NCBI RefSeq assembly: GCF_006345805.1
Contig: NC_042997.1
Coordinates: 55,242,001 to 55,306,000 of the forward strand
Origin: Octopus sinensis
Taxonomy: Eukaryota
Length of the DNA stretch: 64,000 nucleotides
Direction of reading: 5' to 3'
Positions 51,571 through 64,000 of this stretch are shown one piece after another (the first letter of the stretch is position 1; every line of letters starts with the position of its first letter). The position numbers and the translations under genes were made by a program. The notes beneath the pieces are model-generated. The model was not told where the DNA came from. It saw only the letters and a program-made list of their open reading frames with translations, and did no database searches.

Positions 51571-52419
51571 AACATCATGTGAGGTATTCGTTGCTCTTTC
51601 ATTACGTTTGTGTGTGTTTGTGTGTGTGTGTGTTGTGTGTGTGTGTGTGTGTGTGATTCATACGCACACACACACAGAAACACACCAGTGTATATGAACA
51701 AATATGCTGTTCATTCTATAATATATATGCCTGTCTCTCCCCTTCTCTATATATATCTATGTATTTATGTATGTATTCATTGTGTGGGTGTGTATATGTG
51801 TGTATGTGTGTGCACGCGCACGTGTGTTTGTGTGTCCAAAGTGTATGCATGTATATTCGTATGTTTTATGTATCATTTAAATAGCCGCCTTTTATAGATC
51901 GTTAAACACAAAACTTTCTCTGTGCTTTCCACACATAAAATGCATCTATGCTGTTTAGGAATGATGTAAGCAATAATTTCCCACACGGCATATCAACCAC
52001 GTTAGTTACAGCTGGGTCCTCGTTAGTAAGTATATCATCTTGACATACAAACCAATTTAGATTTTGATGTATCCGACAACTATAGCATTGCTCTTAAGTT
52101 CTGGCTTTTGGTTTCTACGAAAATCAAATATTGCTGACAAGTTGATTATACAGCTCCAACTTCGTTTCATAAAACTAGTCTCTTTCTCATTGTGCTTCTC
52201 TTTCTTTTTTTCTTCACTCTTTCTCTCTTCGCTCCATGTCCAGTGTTTCGTCATCTGTCTACATTCTGTTTCTTTTGTAAACACTCCTCTCTGTCTCTGT
52301 CTCTGTTTCTCTTTCTCTATCTCTCTCTCTCTCTCTCCCTCCAGCATTCACATTAGTATACTTCAGCACGACGATGAAACTAATTAAAATCCAAGTTTTA
52401 ACGTAAATAAAATGCTTGT

Positions 52420-52486
52420 TACAGAGATGTTGTTGTTACTGCTACTGCTGATGAAGATGATGATGATGATGGGGATAATAATAATG

Positions 52487-52537
<51 letters not shown>

Positions 52538-52670
52538 TGGCGCCCCATGATACTGGGGGTGTCTTGGCAAGTGACTGTAACAAACATGCAGATTAATTGT
52601 ATATAAAATCATCATCATCATGATAATAATAATAATAATAATAACAACAACAACAACAACAGCAACAATA

Positions 52671-52765
<95 letters not shown>
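52420..52765. repeat. (GAT)/(AAT)/(CAT)/(AAC) microsatellite complex containing a ~60-bp LINE 3' end (52540-52600)
   Basis: Repeats directly visible; insert CGCCCCATGATACTGGG...GGCAAGTGACTGTAACAAACATGCAGATTA matches 46585-46630. Confidence 0.8.
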
Positions 52766-52766
<1 letters not shown>

Positions 52767-53916
52767 TATCTCGTGCAATTGCAGTTGTTCGGTGTGTCGC
52801 TGGAATCCTGAAGTGGACAGATCTAAAGGAGATAGACAGGAAGTCAAGAAAGCTTCTAACGATGCATGTTGCCAATCACCCACGTGCGGGCACTGATCGC
52901 CTATACCTGACGAGAGCAAATGGAGGAAGAGGATTGATAAGTGTGTGAGACTGCGTGCGTATCGAACTCGTGAGCTTAATGAGATGTCTAGCCCAATGTA
53001 AGGAAACCTTGCTAGTGACAGTTAGGAACGAGGGAGTATTGAAAGTATGAAAAAAAGGAAAGCAAAGGAAGAGATACAAAAAGGACATGAAAAATTACGC
53101 AACAAGGGACTACACAATCAATTCCATTTACCCACAACAGAAGTTGCGGGGAAAAATAGGTGGGATTGGCTGACGAAAGGAATCCTAAAACAAAAAGACC
53201 GAAAGCACCATATTGGCAGCGTAAGACTGAGCTTTGGCCGCGAACTGGAGGATCAACCTTAGGAATGAGCGAGTGACTCCGCTGTCATATCTGCAACAGA
53301 GTGGGTGAAACCATTGCCCATGTCACAAACGAATGCCCTAGGCTTGCCCAAAACCACGACAATTGTTGTGACACGACCAGGTAGCGAAAGTGCTACAGTG
53401 GAAACTGCGAAAAGTTGGGGCTAGAGAGAGGCAAGATGTGGTATGAGCACAAACCGCAGAGAGTGGCAGAATAAGAGTCTAGTAAAATCAGATCAGGTGC
53501 TAGAGCATAACAGACCAGACCTAGTGGTGGTGGACAAGATGCACTACATATGCTATATAGTTGATGTTGCATGTCCCTTTCCACCCACGAATAGTCAAGA
53601 AGGAAGACGAAAAGATAGATACAACCCTCTTAAGTACGAAATAGCCCGGATATGGGAAATGAAGAAAGCGAAGATAGTGCCAATTATTGTTGTGTCCTTA
53701 GGAACAGTATCAGCAGGCATCAAGGGGGATATAAAGGAAATTGGAATAGAGTGCCCAGTAGAACTGTTACAAAAGGTTTACCTCCTTGGCACCGCCAGAA
53801 TAATCAGTGTTAGATAGCTGAAAAGAACGAATAGCATTATACTGTAGGCTGCATGTAGTGAGCTTGCTATGCATGTAAGACTTCAGGAGCTCCAACAAAA
53901 CCTGTGACAAAGAGAA

Positions 53917-53975
<59 letters not shown>
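52763..53975 (+). mobile_element. 5'-truncated R4/Dong-like LINE with an (AAT)n tail
   Basis: HPRAGTDRLYLTRANGGRGLISV, WDWLTKGILK, C..C..VGETIAHVTNECP, HNRPDLVVVDK...IVDVACP, LLQKVYLLGTARII; tail 53918-53975. Confidence 0.92.
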
Positions 53976-53976
<1 letters not shown>

Positions 53977-54799
53977 TTGTTTATTGGCGACATACATAGA
54001 AACTTAATGTTATAAGTAGTGTTACAAAAACATATGAGGATAAGCAAGACAAAATCATACAAAACGAGGGGATTGATATGGACGCTATATAACTGGCACA
54101 TTTAATATTTGATAGAAATTAAACACATTGAATATATGATTATATAAATATGAACAATAATTATAACAAACAGTACAGACAAAAAAGTAATACTTCAAAC
54201 GAAGTATAGCCGTGAAAACAGCAGAAAGATTGGGTATTATTACCCTTATAGTACACAAAATAGTTGGCTTGTCCGTTGACAACTTTTTCCTGTCTTATAA
54301 GTGTAATGATATCCAATCCCTCTGCTGTTTTCACGGCTATACAGCGTTCGAAGTATTATCTTCTTGTCTATGCAATACGATAAACATTCGGCGCTTCTAA
54401 AAAGGAAAATAAAAGTTTGCTTACATATGTATAACAAGATATAATCAAAATATATGTTAAACACAAATAGGGCAGCCTACCCAAATATGGGTGGAAAACA
54501 ACTTTCTAGGTCGGATCAAACCCTCAACAAGTCCTTACACCACAAGAAAGAAAATCAATATCGCTGCCAATCTTTCTAGCAATGATTCTTCTATTCTGCC
54601 TCTCTTGATCGACTGTGGCATGAATCTGCAGACAAAAATGTGGAGTAAAAAACTCAGCTTGTTGTCCCCCGCCCCTGATTCTTTCCTTTACCCATTCAAG
54701 AGTACACTAGAAACTGCTATCGTTTTCGATAGGCAAAGGTATGTAACTTTTTTTTTTGTTATTTGTTCTGTCTGGAAGAAAAGCTAGTACCAGTAACTT

Positions 54800-55050
54800 T
54801 TGGAGGTCCTCTGAAACCGATGAACTTGACGTTGTTGATGTTCCGTTTAAACAGTTGCAAGTTAACAGGAGAGATATAAACAGATGGAAGGTTCTAATGG
54901 GCCCATGGTGAAGGACTGGGGATATTTTAATGCAGTGAGAGGGTTGAGAAGAGCGAAAGCATGCGGTCTGTGGATACCTCAGCAGAGACAGTACGAGGCA
55001 TTATAGTAGCGATAGAAAGACAGAGAGAAGAATCCACACGTCTATTAGCC
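54800..55050 (-). mobile_element. CR1/L2-like LINE 3' end
   Basis: Reverse complement gives YRYYN and NLQLFKRNINNV-like terminal motifs. Confidence 0.45.
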
Positions 55051-55577
55051 AGAGACTAGAATGTGTCTATTAGTGATTTAATACCAAGCAATCTTACCAT
55101 TCCTTCGTAGAATAAAAAAAATGTCGGGCAAGGAGGCAGAATATTTCGTGCCATTTTGTAACTGTTCTGCAGTTATTTTGTGTTTTTGGCACACATTTAC
55201 ATTTTACAGGTATCAACAAGAAGAAAAAAAAAGAAGTTTTTGTTATCGTCCTCATTATTGGTCACTGTTTGTGAAATTGTTGTTCTCCCTGCTTAAGGAA
55301 ATGTCTGTGCTTGTTTTTTTTTCATTTGCTTGTGAAATTGTGTTTTGTATTCGTTTACGTGCTATCAAAATGTTTGAAGATTTTTAAAGTGTACAAGGGT
55401 GTATCAGTGCTATTTCCTTTCTTGATATTTTATATCTCCAGTGTTCAAGACGAAGTAGCCATTTTAAAAATATGTAAATAAATATTTTGAAAAATGAATA
55501 AAAAGACATTTTTGTTTACCCCAACGTAACGGGCAGAACTTAAAAATCCACAGGTCTTTTTAAGCAACAACAATAAT

Positions 55578-55788
55578 GATTTCAAATTTCGGCTCAAATT
55601 CCGCACGTTTGGGGGAGTATGTAAGTTGATTACATCGACCTCAGTGCTCAAATGGCACTTATTTAATCGACCCCGAAAGGAAGAAAGGCACAATCGACCT
55701 CGGTGGAATTTGAACTCACAACGTAAAGACAGATGAAATGTGTTAAACTTTTTGCTGACGTGCTGACCATTCTGCCAGCTCACCGCCT
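55578..55788 (-). mobile_element. SINE (GGCGGCG family) with a third tail type
   Basis: Core CCCCGAAAGGAAGAAAGGCACAATCGACCTCGGTGGAATTTGAACTC; tail GATTTCAAATTTCGGC. Confidence 0.8.
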
Positions 55789-56690
55789 TAACAAAAGCAG
55801 CAATAATACAGGCTAGCAATTTTAGGGGAAGTGATAAGTCGATATCATCGACTCCTTGGCTGAGAGATGTTAGTTAAGTTGGGTTAACAAAAGTAAAAGC
55901 GTAAACATATACATCTACGGATATGTTGCTGCAAAATATGCAAAGCCCACTGGATGATAATTAATCAGATTGGATAAGTTGTCATAAAATCTGATCGACT
56001 GAACCCTTATATTCTGTTTACTGTTCTCTTACAGATGACAATCAGAGACATGGGAAAAGTTTCATGTGGCTTGTAGTCACCTTAATATCGCAGTATGGGC
56101 GGGTGGTTAGTATAGTAGTGTTGAAATGATATGTGGTCGGAAGGGGTCGTGAGAGATTTGCAAATCTTATTGACCTCCGAACATCACAACGCCCCTCCTC
56201 CAAACAACAGCAATCCCACCCTTCTCTGAATAATAATGAAGACAGTATGATGCGAGCAAAGAACCCTCGGGTATGAAACAGAATTACATATTTGCTGTGC
56301 AAATATGTGACTTTTCTCTTGGAATAGACCCTCATCAACCTCATATTTTATTTCAAATATGAACGTAAATGGAAGATGTTGCATTCCATTGAATTTGAAA
56401 AAGTGTTTGCAAAAGTGTCACGAATGACCCGCATCGTTCTCAACAAGTACCTTTAGACTAGAGGTCACTAGTGAGAGAGGATGATAACCCCTTGCAATTG
56501 GTAATCAGGATAATTTTGAATCTGTTTTGTTCCTTGATTAGCTGTACGTAAATACCTCTTGAAACCTTTCATTTTCATATTTTCCGAATACTTTTTTCTT
56601 TCATGTATACCGCATTTTTCATGATCGACTCTGCGTTTTTGTATGTTTTATAATTTGCTTTCGATATATCCATTTCTTCCGTAGCTCTTG

Positions 56691-56828
<138 letters not shown>

Positions 56829-57605
56829 TATCGTTACTTATCATGTTTACTTATGCACATGCTGGTTGTTTCTTCTCATTGTTCTAATTGTTGTTAGTTG
56901 TTTCGTTACTTGAGTTTTCATAAAATATTCGTTCTTTTAAATGTTCTATTTCAGATTCTGACATTTTTTGGTTTTGACGATGCATTTTTTAAAGTTAGGC
57001 CCGTCGCGTTCAGTGAAGTGCTTCTAAATATCATAACAATATATTGAAAATACAAGCGATGCTGTAAATTATGCATGTAGAATAGAAAGATGTTCTCATG
57101 TTCATTTATGCATCTGTTGTTTTATTAGCGAAACTTAAGGAATAAGGTCCATTCCTTTATTTAAAATTTCGGTAATTTCATTGGGTGTCGATGTATTTTG
57201 TTCCTTTGAAGTTGATTTTCGTGTGATAATTTTTCCGTATACTATGAGTATCAAATTCAAAGTATACAATTCACTATTTAAAGAAATATGGCTTAATGAT
57301 ATATTTTTAAAATTTGAATTATTTGTCATTTCTTTGTGACTGATCGTGGGGAGAAGAATCAATTTGGTATTACTATGGATCGTAGTTTAATAAGTTGTTT
57401 ACACTTGGTATGAAGTACTATGTACATTTATAAAGCATCAATTAAATGTTGTAATGATCAATAAATTTCACAAAGTTATCCTTAGCATTTTGGCAAGTTT
57501 TTTGTCATATTTTTGTTACTTTTTGAATCATTGCTATTGGATATTGCTCAGAACCATCTATAGTGTTCTTTCTAGTCCATATAACCTGTATTATTATTAT
57601 TGTGA

Positions 57606-57978
57606 AGGTGGTGAGCAGGCAGAAACGTTAGCATGCCAGGCGAAACGCTTAGCAGTATTTCGCCCGTCGCTGCGTTCTGAGTTCAAATTCCGCCGAGGTC
57701 AACTTTGCCTTTTATCCTTTCGAGATCGATAAATTAAGTACCAGTTGAGTACTTGGATCGATGTGATCGACTGTCACCTCTTCCCACAAAATCTAAGCCC
57801 TGTGCCTATAGTAGAAAGGATTATTATTATTCTTGTTGTCAAGGCGACGAGTTGACAGAATCGTTACCGCGCCGGACAAAATGCTTAGCGGCACATCATC
57901 TGGCTTTACGTTTTGAGTTCAAATGCCACCTGACTCGACTTTGCCTTTCATCCTTTCGGGATCAATAAAATAAGTACG
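57606..57978 (+). mobile_element. Two tandem SINEs (GGCGGCG family): 57606-57830 and 57841-57978
   Basis: Two heads (AGGTGGTGAGCAGGCAGAAACGTTAGC; AGGCGACGAGTTGACAGAATCGTTA), each followed by GAGTTCAAAT and CTTTGCCTTT cores. Confidence 0.85.
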
Positions 57979-58380
57979 AACCCAATTGAAATACTACACT
58001 GAAGACGGAAATAAGTGAGTATAAATTAAAATTTTACATCTCTTTAATTTAGAAACGCATATATGGTTGATCAAAGCCGGGTGGATTCGTTATTTTTTCT
58101 CTTTACCTACGTGAATTAAGAGTATTGCTGTCTGGGAGATATCTTATGGTTGAGGAATAGTATTTAACTGCTATTTCTACATTTCGGTATGTGGTAAAGC
58201 AATTTGCTGAACCCTAATTATAATTATGTTTATAATTAGGAAATTTTTGTATAAGGTTACCGATAAATGTTCTTTTAACATACCGAACTACTTGGTAAAA
58301 ATTATTAATTATTAATTAATTAATTAATTTTACCCTTTATTATTATTGTACACATATATATATATACACGCATATATATA

Positions 58381-58434
58381 TTCTTTTACTATTTTAGTGG
58401 TTTCAGTCATTTGACTACGGCCATGATGGAGCAC
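58381..58434 (-). mobile_element. 3' fragment of the GGCTGTGTGGTAAG SINE
   Basis: GTTTCAGTCATTTGACTACGGCCATGATGGAGCAC. Confidence 0.7.
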
Positions 58435-58587
58435 TGACATATACATACCCACAATTATATGCATGCATATTTCCATGCATATATACATATGTGTGTGAGT
58501 GGCTGTGATCATACCTACATACGTACATATCTGCAAACATATTTTCATATAAATTGCTCGACCTTATATGTAATTGTTCAATGTTTT

Positions 58588-58589
<2 letters not shown>

Positions 58590-58662
<73 letters not shown>

Positions 58663-58676
58663 TGTGTGTGTGTGTA
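58590..58676. repeat. (TA)n(GT)n microsatellite
   Basis: Directly visible. Confidence 0.95.
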
Positions 58677-59980
58677 TCAAACAAAGAATTACAGGCTTCT
58701 GCATAAATATAATCATCTTCAATAGCATTTCTTTACACCATTAAAATGTTGAAATATATATTGCTCTGTGTTTATAACTGATATGCTGCTACCTATCAGT
58801 AGGAATCTTCAATTTACTGACAGATGCCATCTATATTGATTGAGAATGTGAGTAAGGTAACACAATGGATCTCCGCTTGTCTCAACTGTGCTATTGCTAT
58901 TCCCATGTGTTTATCAAGATATAATTACATGAATTTATTTATGCGCAAATATCTCCTGATAATTGCCAGAAAGCAATAACTTTACGAGGTTGATGAGTTC
59001 AACACTGATGAAAACTGCCGTGTCTATTTTAAGAATTGTGAGGAAGAACAGAGGAAATTCTGTTTTTTTTACTTATTTTCTTTTGTTGAAATTATTAATT
59101 TTGATATCTATTTGTTTTCTTCACTGTTTGTAAACTATGTCAACGGAACTCTCTTTGAGTGAAAATCTACTGTTAGTATCTTTAAAATGAAGTATTAACA
59201 ATAAAAAGGTTAACAATAAAACAATGACACGTATTTTTTATGAGTAAAAGAAAGATTTCTAAATATAGAGTATCTAGTGTTTTTTCAGGATGTTCCATTG
59301 TGAGGTTTTATCACTAACGTTTGTTCTGAACAAACAGTAAATATATTTATACATATTCATACCTATAAGCATCTGTATTTGCTCAATCTATATTTTAATG
59401 ACGCAAATCATACTTGCCAAAAATTATTCATACCTCTGTATATGTAAACATCTGTCAATTGATCGGCAGACTCGTTAATGTGTTGTATGATAATGAAGAG
59501 TAATAGATAGAAACCAGTACATGGTTGTGCTTAGTAAACAAAAACCACACTTTACTCCCCTGGCTCTAAAAGCATGTAGGTTAAATTTTGTGAGATGATT
59601 TCTTACTTTTTTTTAAAACAGAAATTATTATTTTTTTTACATGAGAATCACCAAAAACTACTACGACATTTTTCATTTTCTTTCTGCAAGAAACAGAAAA
59701 CTTAATTCATTAAGAATATGTTACTCACGGTATTCGGTGCATTATATTTTGGCTTACTTAAGTTAATCCCCCTCAGTTAGTATTTCTTTTGTAATATGTT
59801 GAAGACCCGAAGTTGAATGAACTTCGCAAGATACACTGCATGATGGCGAAGTGTTTAAGGGTGTTATGCAACTTATGATCACCATTTTCGAAGGCAGCTT
59901 TTTTTTCTCATTATTATATACACTTACCAGAGTATACCTTTGAGAAAAATTTTCGAAAATACGAAATTAGCAAGCAAAAG

Positions 59981-59982
<2 letters not shown>

Positions 59983-60037
<55 letters not shown>

Positions 60038-60062
60038 GCACACGCACACACACACACACACG
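59983..60062. repeat. (CA)n microsatellite
   Basis: Directly visible. Confidence 0.95.
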
Positions 60063-60689
60063 AAGTAAACAAAGAACTTAAGTCAAAAGCAATTCAATTA
60101 CAAAATTGTTCGAAAACTCCATAAAATCAGAGTGAAAAACTAATGCAAATTATTAATAAGGCAACGTTTCATAGGAAAATAGAAATTCTTCACCGAAGAG
60201 TGGTATGAAAACATGCTGATAAAGACAACGATTTTTCTCGAAATAAACAACTAACATTGGCATGGTGTATTGTGGGAAATGTTTTTTTTTTTAGGGCTAT
60301 ATAGTTCCTTCCCTCAACGTTATTTTTAAAGTTTCTTGCGTAAACATATTGCGTTAAACTATATTCATTTAATATTTATCCCTTGGAATTTAAATATAAA
60401 TTACATTTCCCGAAATATAGTGAGGTATATTGTTATTCGGTTTCTATTGTCTCTAAAAAAATACCGAATGTTCCAAGTTATAAAATATTAGATAACTTTC
60501 TTAACTTCAGACCATGATGAAATCCTACTAGTGATTCTGCATCATTGGCAGAAAGTTTAGATAAGATTTTGAAAATAATATTCATAAAAGACTTAGTTGT
60601 GGGATTAAGAAGTTCACTTTGCAATTACCTGGTTAAGAATTCTATCCTACTGCGTGGGTACATTGGTCAAGTTTCTTGCACCAAGGCGT

Positions 60690-60863
60690 TGAATTCACCA
60701 TATGAATGAAAGTTTTTGGAAGGAAACATGCAGTGGTCCGTCTATGTATGTATGTATGTATGTATGTATGTATGTATGTATGTATGTATGAATGCATGGT
60801 GTATGTGCAGAGCTCCAGCATGGCTCCAGTCAAATGACTGAAACGAATATAAGAATAAAAGAA
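60690..60863 (+). mobile_element. Decayed GGCTGTGTGGTAAG SINE with an internal (TATG)n
   Basis: 3' module GCTCCAGCATGGCTCCAGTCAAATGACTGAAAC. Confidence 0.6.
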
Positions 60864-60959
60864 CACTCGCACAAACATACACGCACTCACACATCTATAT
60901 ATTACTCAAAGAAATTCTAACTTTGATTTTCACGTTTTATTTACAATCTTATAATATAA

Positions 60960-62520
60960 GATAACACCACAACTCGCCGATTTCAAGCCTAAGCCCAGCA
61001 ACTTCTATGGCTTACCGAAAACACATAAATCAAAAGATATTCAGCATGCAGTAAAAAAACAAAAGCAAAAAAAGGGAGTACATAAAATTATTGCATCCAA
61101 ACGATTTAACACTTAGACTTATTATAGCTGGTCCAGCATGCTTTACCCACCATCTAAGAAGTTTTATTGACATTGTTTTGAAATCATGTGTACCTACACA
61201 CCCAGTTTCATCCGGGATGACATCGACTTCTTGTCCCATTTTCCTAAAACAACTGAAACAAATTAACTTCTACTTAGTTTTGGTGTGGCAAACCTCTACA
61301 CCAATATTCCACGTGATTTAGGAATAAAGGTGATTAAATACTGGGTAGACAAACATAAAGAAGTGATCCCCAAATGATTCAGAGTGTCATTTATATTAAA
61401 CATAGTCAGACTTATTCTGGAAAACATCCTTCTTCAGTAGAAAAAATTACAACGAAATTAAAGGCACGGTGATGGGTTTGCTCCCGTTTACGCGAACTCT
61501 GTAATGAAATATTTAGATCAGCAATTACCAAGAAGTAGGAGAAAACTATTGCACTGGATTTAGAAAGTATATTGAAAAGGCTTGGAAGAGATACCTTGAC
61601 GATTGTTTCATAATCTGGACAGAATCTCTAAATACTCCGGAAGAGTTCAATATCTTCCTGAACAAACTACACCTTTCTCTCCGATTTTCAAATTACCATT
61701 CCTAGTTATAATGGTAATTAAAAAGGACACCACCATTACCACAGATATATACTATAAACACATGGACACACATCAATACATACAAAACGCTCATACCATA
61801 CTGCCTAGCCAGAAGATTTTGTAGCATTGTAGAAAATGCGAATATCAGGAACAAACACCTAACAGAACTAAGAGAAATTTTGCCCAAACAAAAATACCCG
61901 TCTCTACTTATAAAAAATGGCATACGGCGGTCTATAAAAATATTTATACAACAGCTTAGGACAACCCACAGAAGAGGAAAACAGAAACAAGTCATACTAT
62001 TTATAGTGACACACAACCCATGTCACCAGAATATTTTCAACTTGCCAAAGCAAACCTACCATTACTCAATTAAAACATATAATCACAGATCGAGCTATGG
62101 TCCTTAGTAAAAGACTTGAAAAAACTATTAGCAAAGGCAAAGACTAATCATTCACGGTATCTAAATGCAATGATAGCCGATGTGGCACATGCCAATTCAT
62201 ATATACTGGCCAAGGTATGAGCGCAAAAACCGGAAAAATATTTACAAACGCAAATATGAACTGCAAAAGCAGAAATTTAATTTACTGCATCAAATGCCCG
62301 AATTGTGAAGAACTATATGTAGGTCAGACTGGAAATGCACTATCAGAACGTTCACGTGTGCACTGACAGCAAATCAGAGACCCAGATGCCCATCAGATAC
62401 TTTTGAGCAATCATCTAGCAACATGTGGTCGGAAAATAATATATAATATTTCCATTCTACGAACTACACAATCCAAGTGAAATTGAGAGAAGAATCAGCG
62501 AAAATAACTAACTTAGAGAT
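60960..62520 (+). mobile_element. Decayed Penelope-like element (RT + GIY-YIG), Neptune-type Cys linker
   Basis: FYGLPKTHK (61003), LYTNIP, GTVMG..APVYAN, RYLDDCF (YLDD 61592-61603), LPFLV, YKHMDTHQY, CNDSRCGTC (62166-62192), LIYCIKCPNCEELYVGQTG (62277-62333). Confidence 0.92.
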
Positions 62521-63033
62521 ACTATTTCTACTTCTACGACCACTACCACGAACAGCAACAATATTAAATGTGTTCATGAAGACAAAAGCAGGAAAATACT
62601 AAGTCAAGATAAAAGTCAGTAAAAATAATCATATTTACCAGAGCTAAGCGTACCATTACCACCAACACCACCACTACCCTAACAACAACAACAGCAACAA
62701 CAGCAACAACAACAACAACACAACAACAACAAAGGTGATGATAATAATGATGATAATTGAAATGTAAAAATCCCTGGGAAATGTTGTTTACAACATTTCT
62801 AAAAATAGCTCAACAATTACTGCTTTGGCAAGGGTCAAAATACAGGTCTCTTGACATGTTCAACAAACCGTGACGCATAAACCAAACACCAATCAACTTA
62901 AATAAATAATCTAGTAAAACCGCACACTGATTGGTCAGAAAACAGTTTGCAAAAATTAGCATTCTGGAGCCTACACAAAATTTATTTAAGGCACACAGTT
63001 TAGCCATCTCACTGCATGAACCACTACTACATG

Positions 63034-63074
63034 AACCTGAAGATTGCATAGTATAAAGCATGAAAGTACGAGTT
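63034..63074 (+). ncRNA. Hammerhead-like motif downstream of the Penelope-like ORF
   Basis: AAC-CTGAAGA-T TGC...GCA T-GAAA-GTACG-A-GTT: intact CUGANGA and GAAA; stem III one change from the palindrome AGTACT. Confidence 0.45.
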
Positions 63075-63454
63075 GAATCAGAATGGACATTTAATATTCA
63101 ATCATTTCATTATATTATATTCTTTTCTACTCGAGGCACTCTCGTGCTATTTCGCTTTCTATATCCATTCAGGATTTCTTCTAGGCATTATCCATCATTC
63201 TCGCGTTTGGCCGAAAGACTATTTATTCGGCTTCGTCTATCGTTTCAATTTACATTTGTTTACTTTCGTACGTCCACGCTGTATTGTTTTGTTTGCTCGA
63301 GCCCCAATTCTCCGCGAATTTTTGAGAAGTTCTCAGTCTTATCGTTTGGTCCATAACTGATGAAAGGTCGGAGTCCTTCTGTGTCTGTCCTGCATGTATA
63401 TTTTGTAGTATTTGATGCATTTTTCATTTATTGAGTAACTGAACACTATGTATC

Positions 63455-63472
63455 CCGACTTTTGTTTTATAT

Positions 63473-63538
<66 letters not shown>

Positions 63539-63552
63539 ATACATACATACAT

Positions 63553-63642
<90 letters not shown>

Positions 63643-63680
63643 ATACATACATACACACACATATATATATATATATATCT
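63455..63680. repeat. (TA)n/(GT)n/(CA)n compound microsatellite
   Basis: Directly visible. Confidence 0.95.
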
Positions 63681-64000
63681 TCACAGATTCATCTCGATAA
63701 AACCCCAAACCGGTACTGTTTGAACAACTGTTTTTTGTTACGGTATTTTTTCTACTCCCTTGACATTATTGCTCAGAATTGACTCATTGCAAACATATAT
63801 CCATGTATTTTATTGCTCAGTATTTGTCATATAAAATAAATACCTTCTTAAATGCAAAATATTTTTCAGGTAACTTTTGCAGCAAATTTTGATGAAATAA
63901 AGCATTAACGTGATCGCTCACTTATATGCGATTCATTATCATCTATTTTAGTACTAAATAATTAAACGATTTCTAGTAAAAGATTTAAAAAGCGAGGAAA

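Noticed and set aside
63340-63390. CTGATGAAAGG...CCTT hammerhead-like start
   Set aside because: No GAAA follows stem II; incomplete.

Overview
AT-rich, microsatellite-saturated eukaryotic non-coding DNA. The SINE and repeat families match my recollection of Octopus/coleoid cephalopod genomes (inference, no search run). I found no supportable host-gene exon, rRNA gene, tRNA gene or CRISPR array; most ORF-track entries are microsatellite translations or antisense to transposon ORFs. The window is a stack of decayed mobile elements: several tRNA-derived SINE families, Tc1/mariner copies and MITEs, at least seven R4/Dong-like LINE fragments tied to trinucleotide microsatellites, Penelope-like elements with hammerhead-like motifs, and fold-back palindromes. 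The outstanding object is a 5'-truncated R2-clade retrotransposon (40128-42794) lying outside rDNA. It carries 16 nt of its 28S rDNA downstream target (TAGCCAAATGCCCCGT) at its 3' junction. Its 3' UTR contains split antisense segments complementary (with G:U wobble) to positions +3 to +41 of that 28S target. The whole element is enclosed by inverted arms built of ~150-bp subunits.
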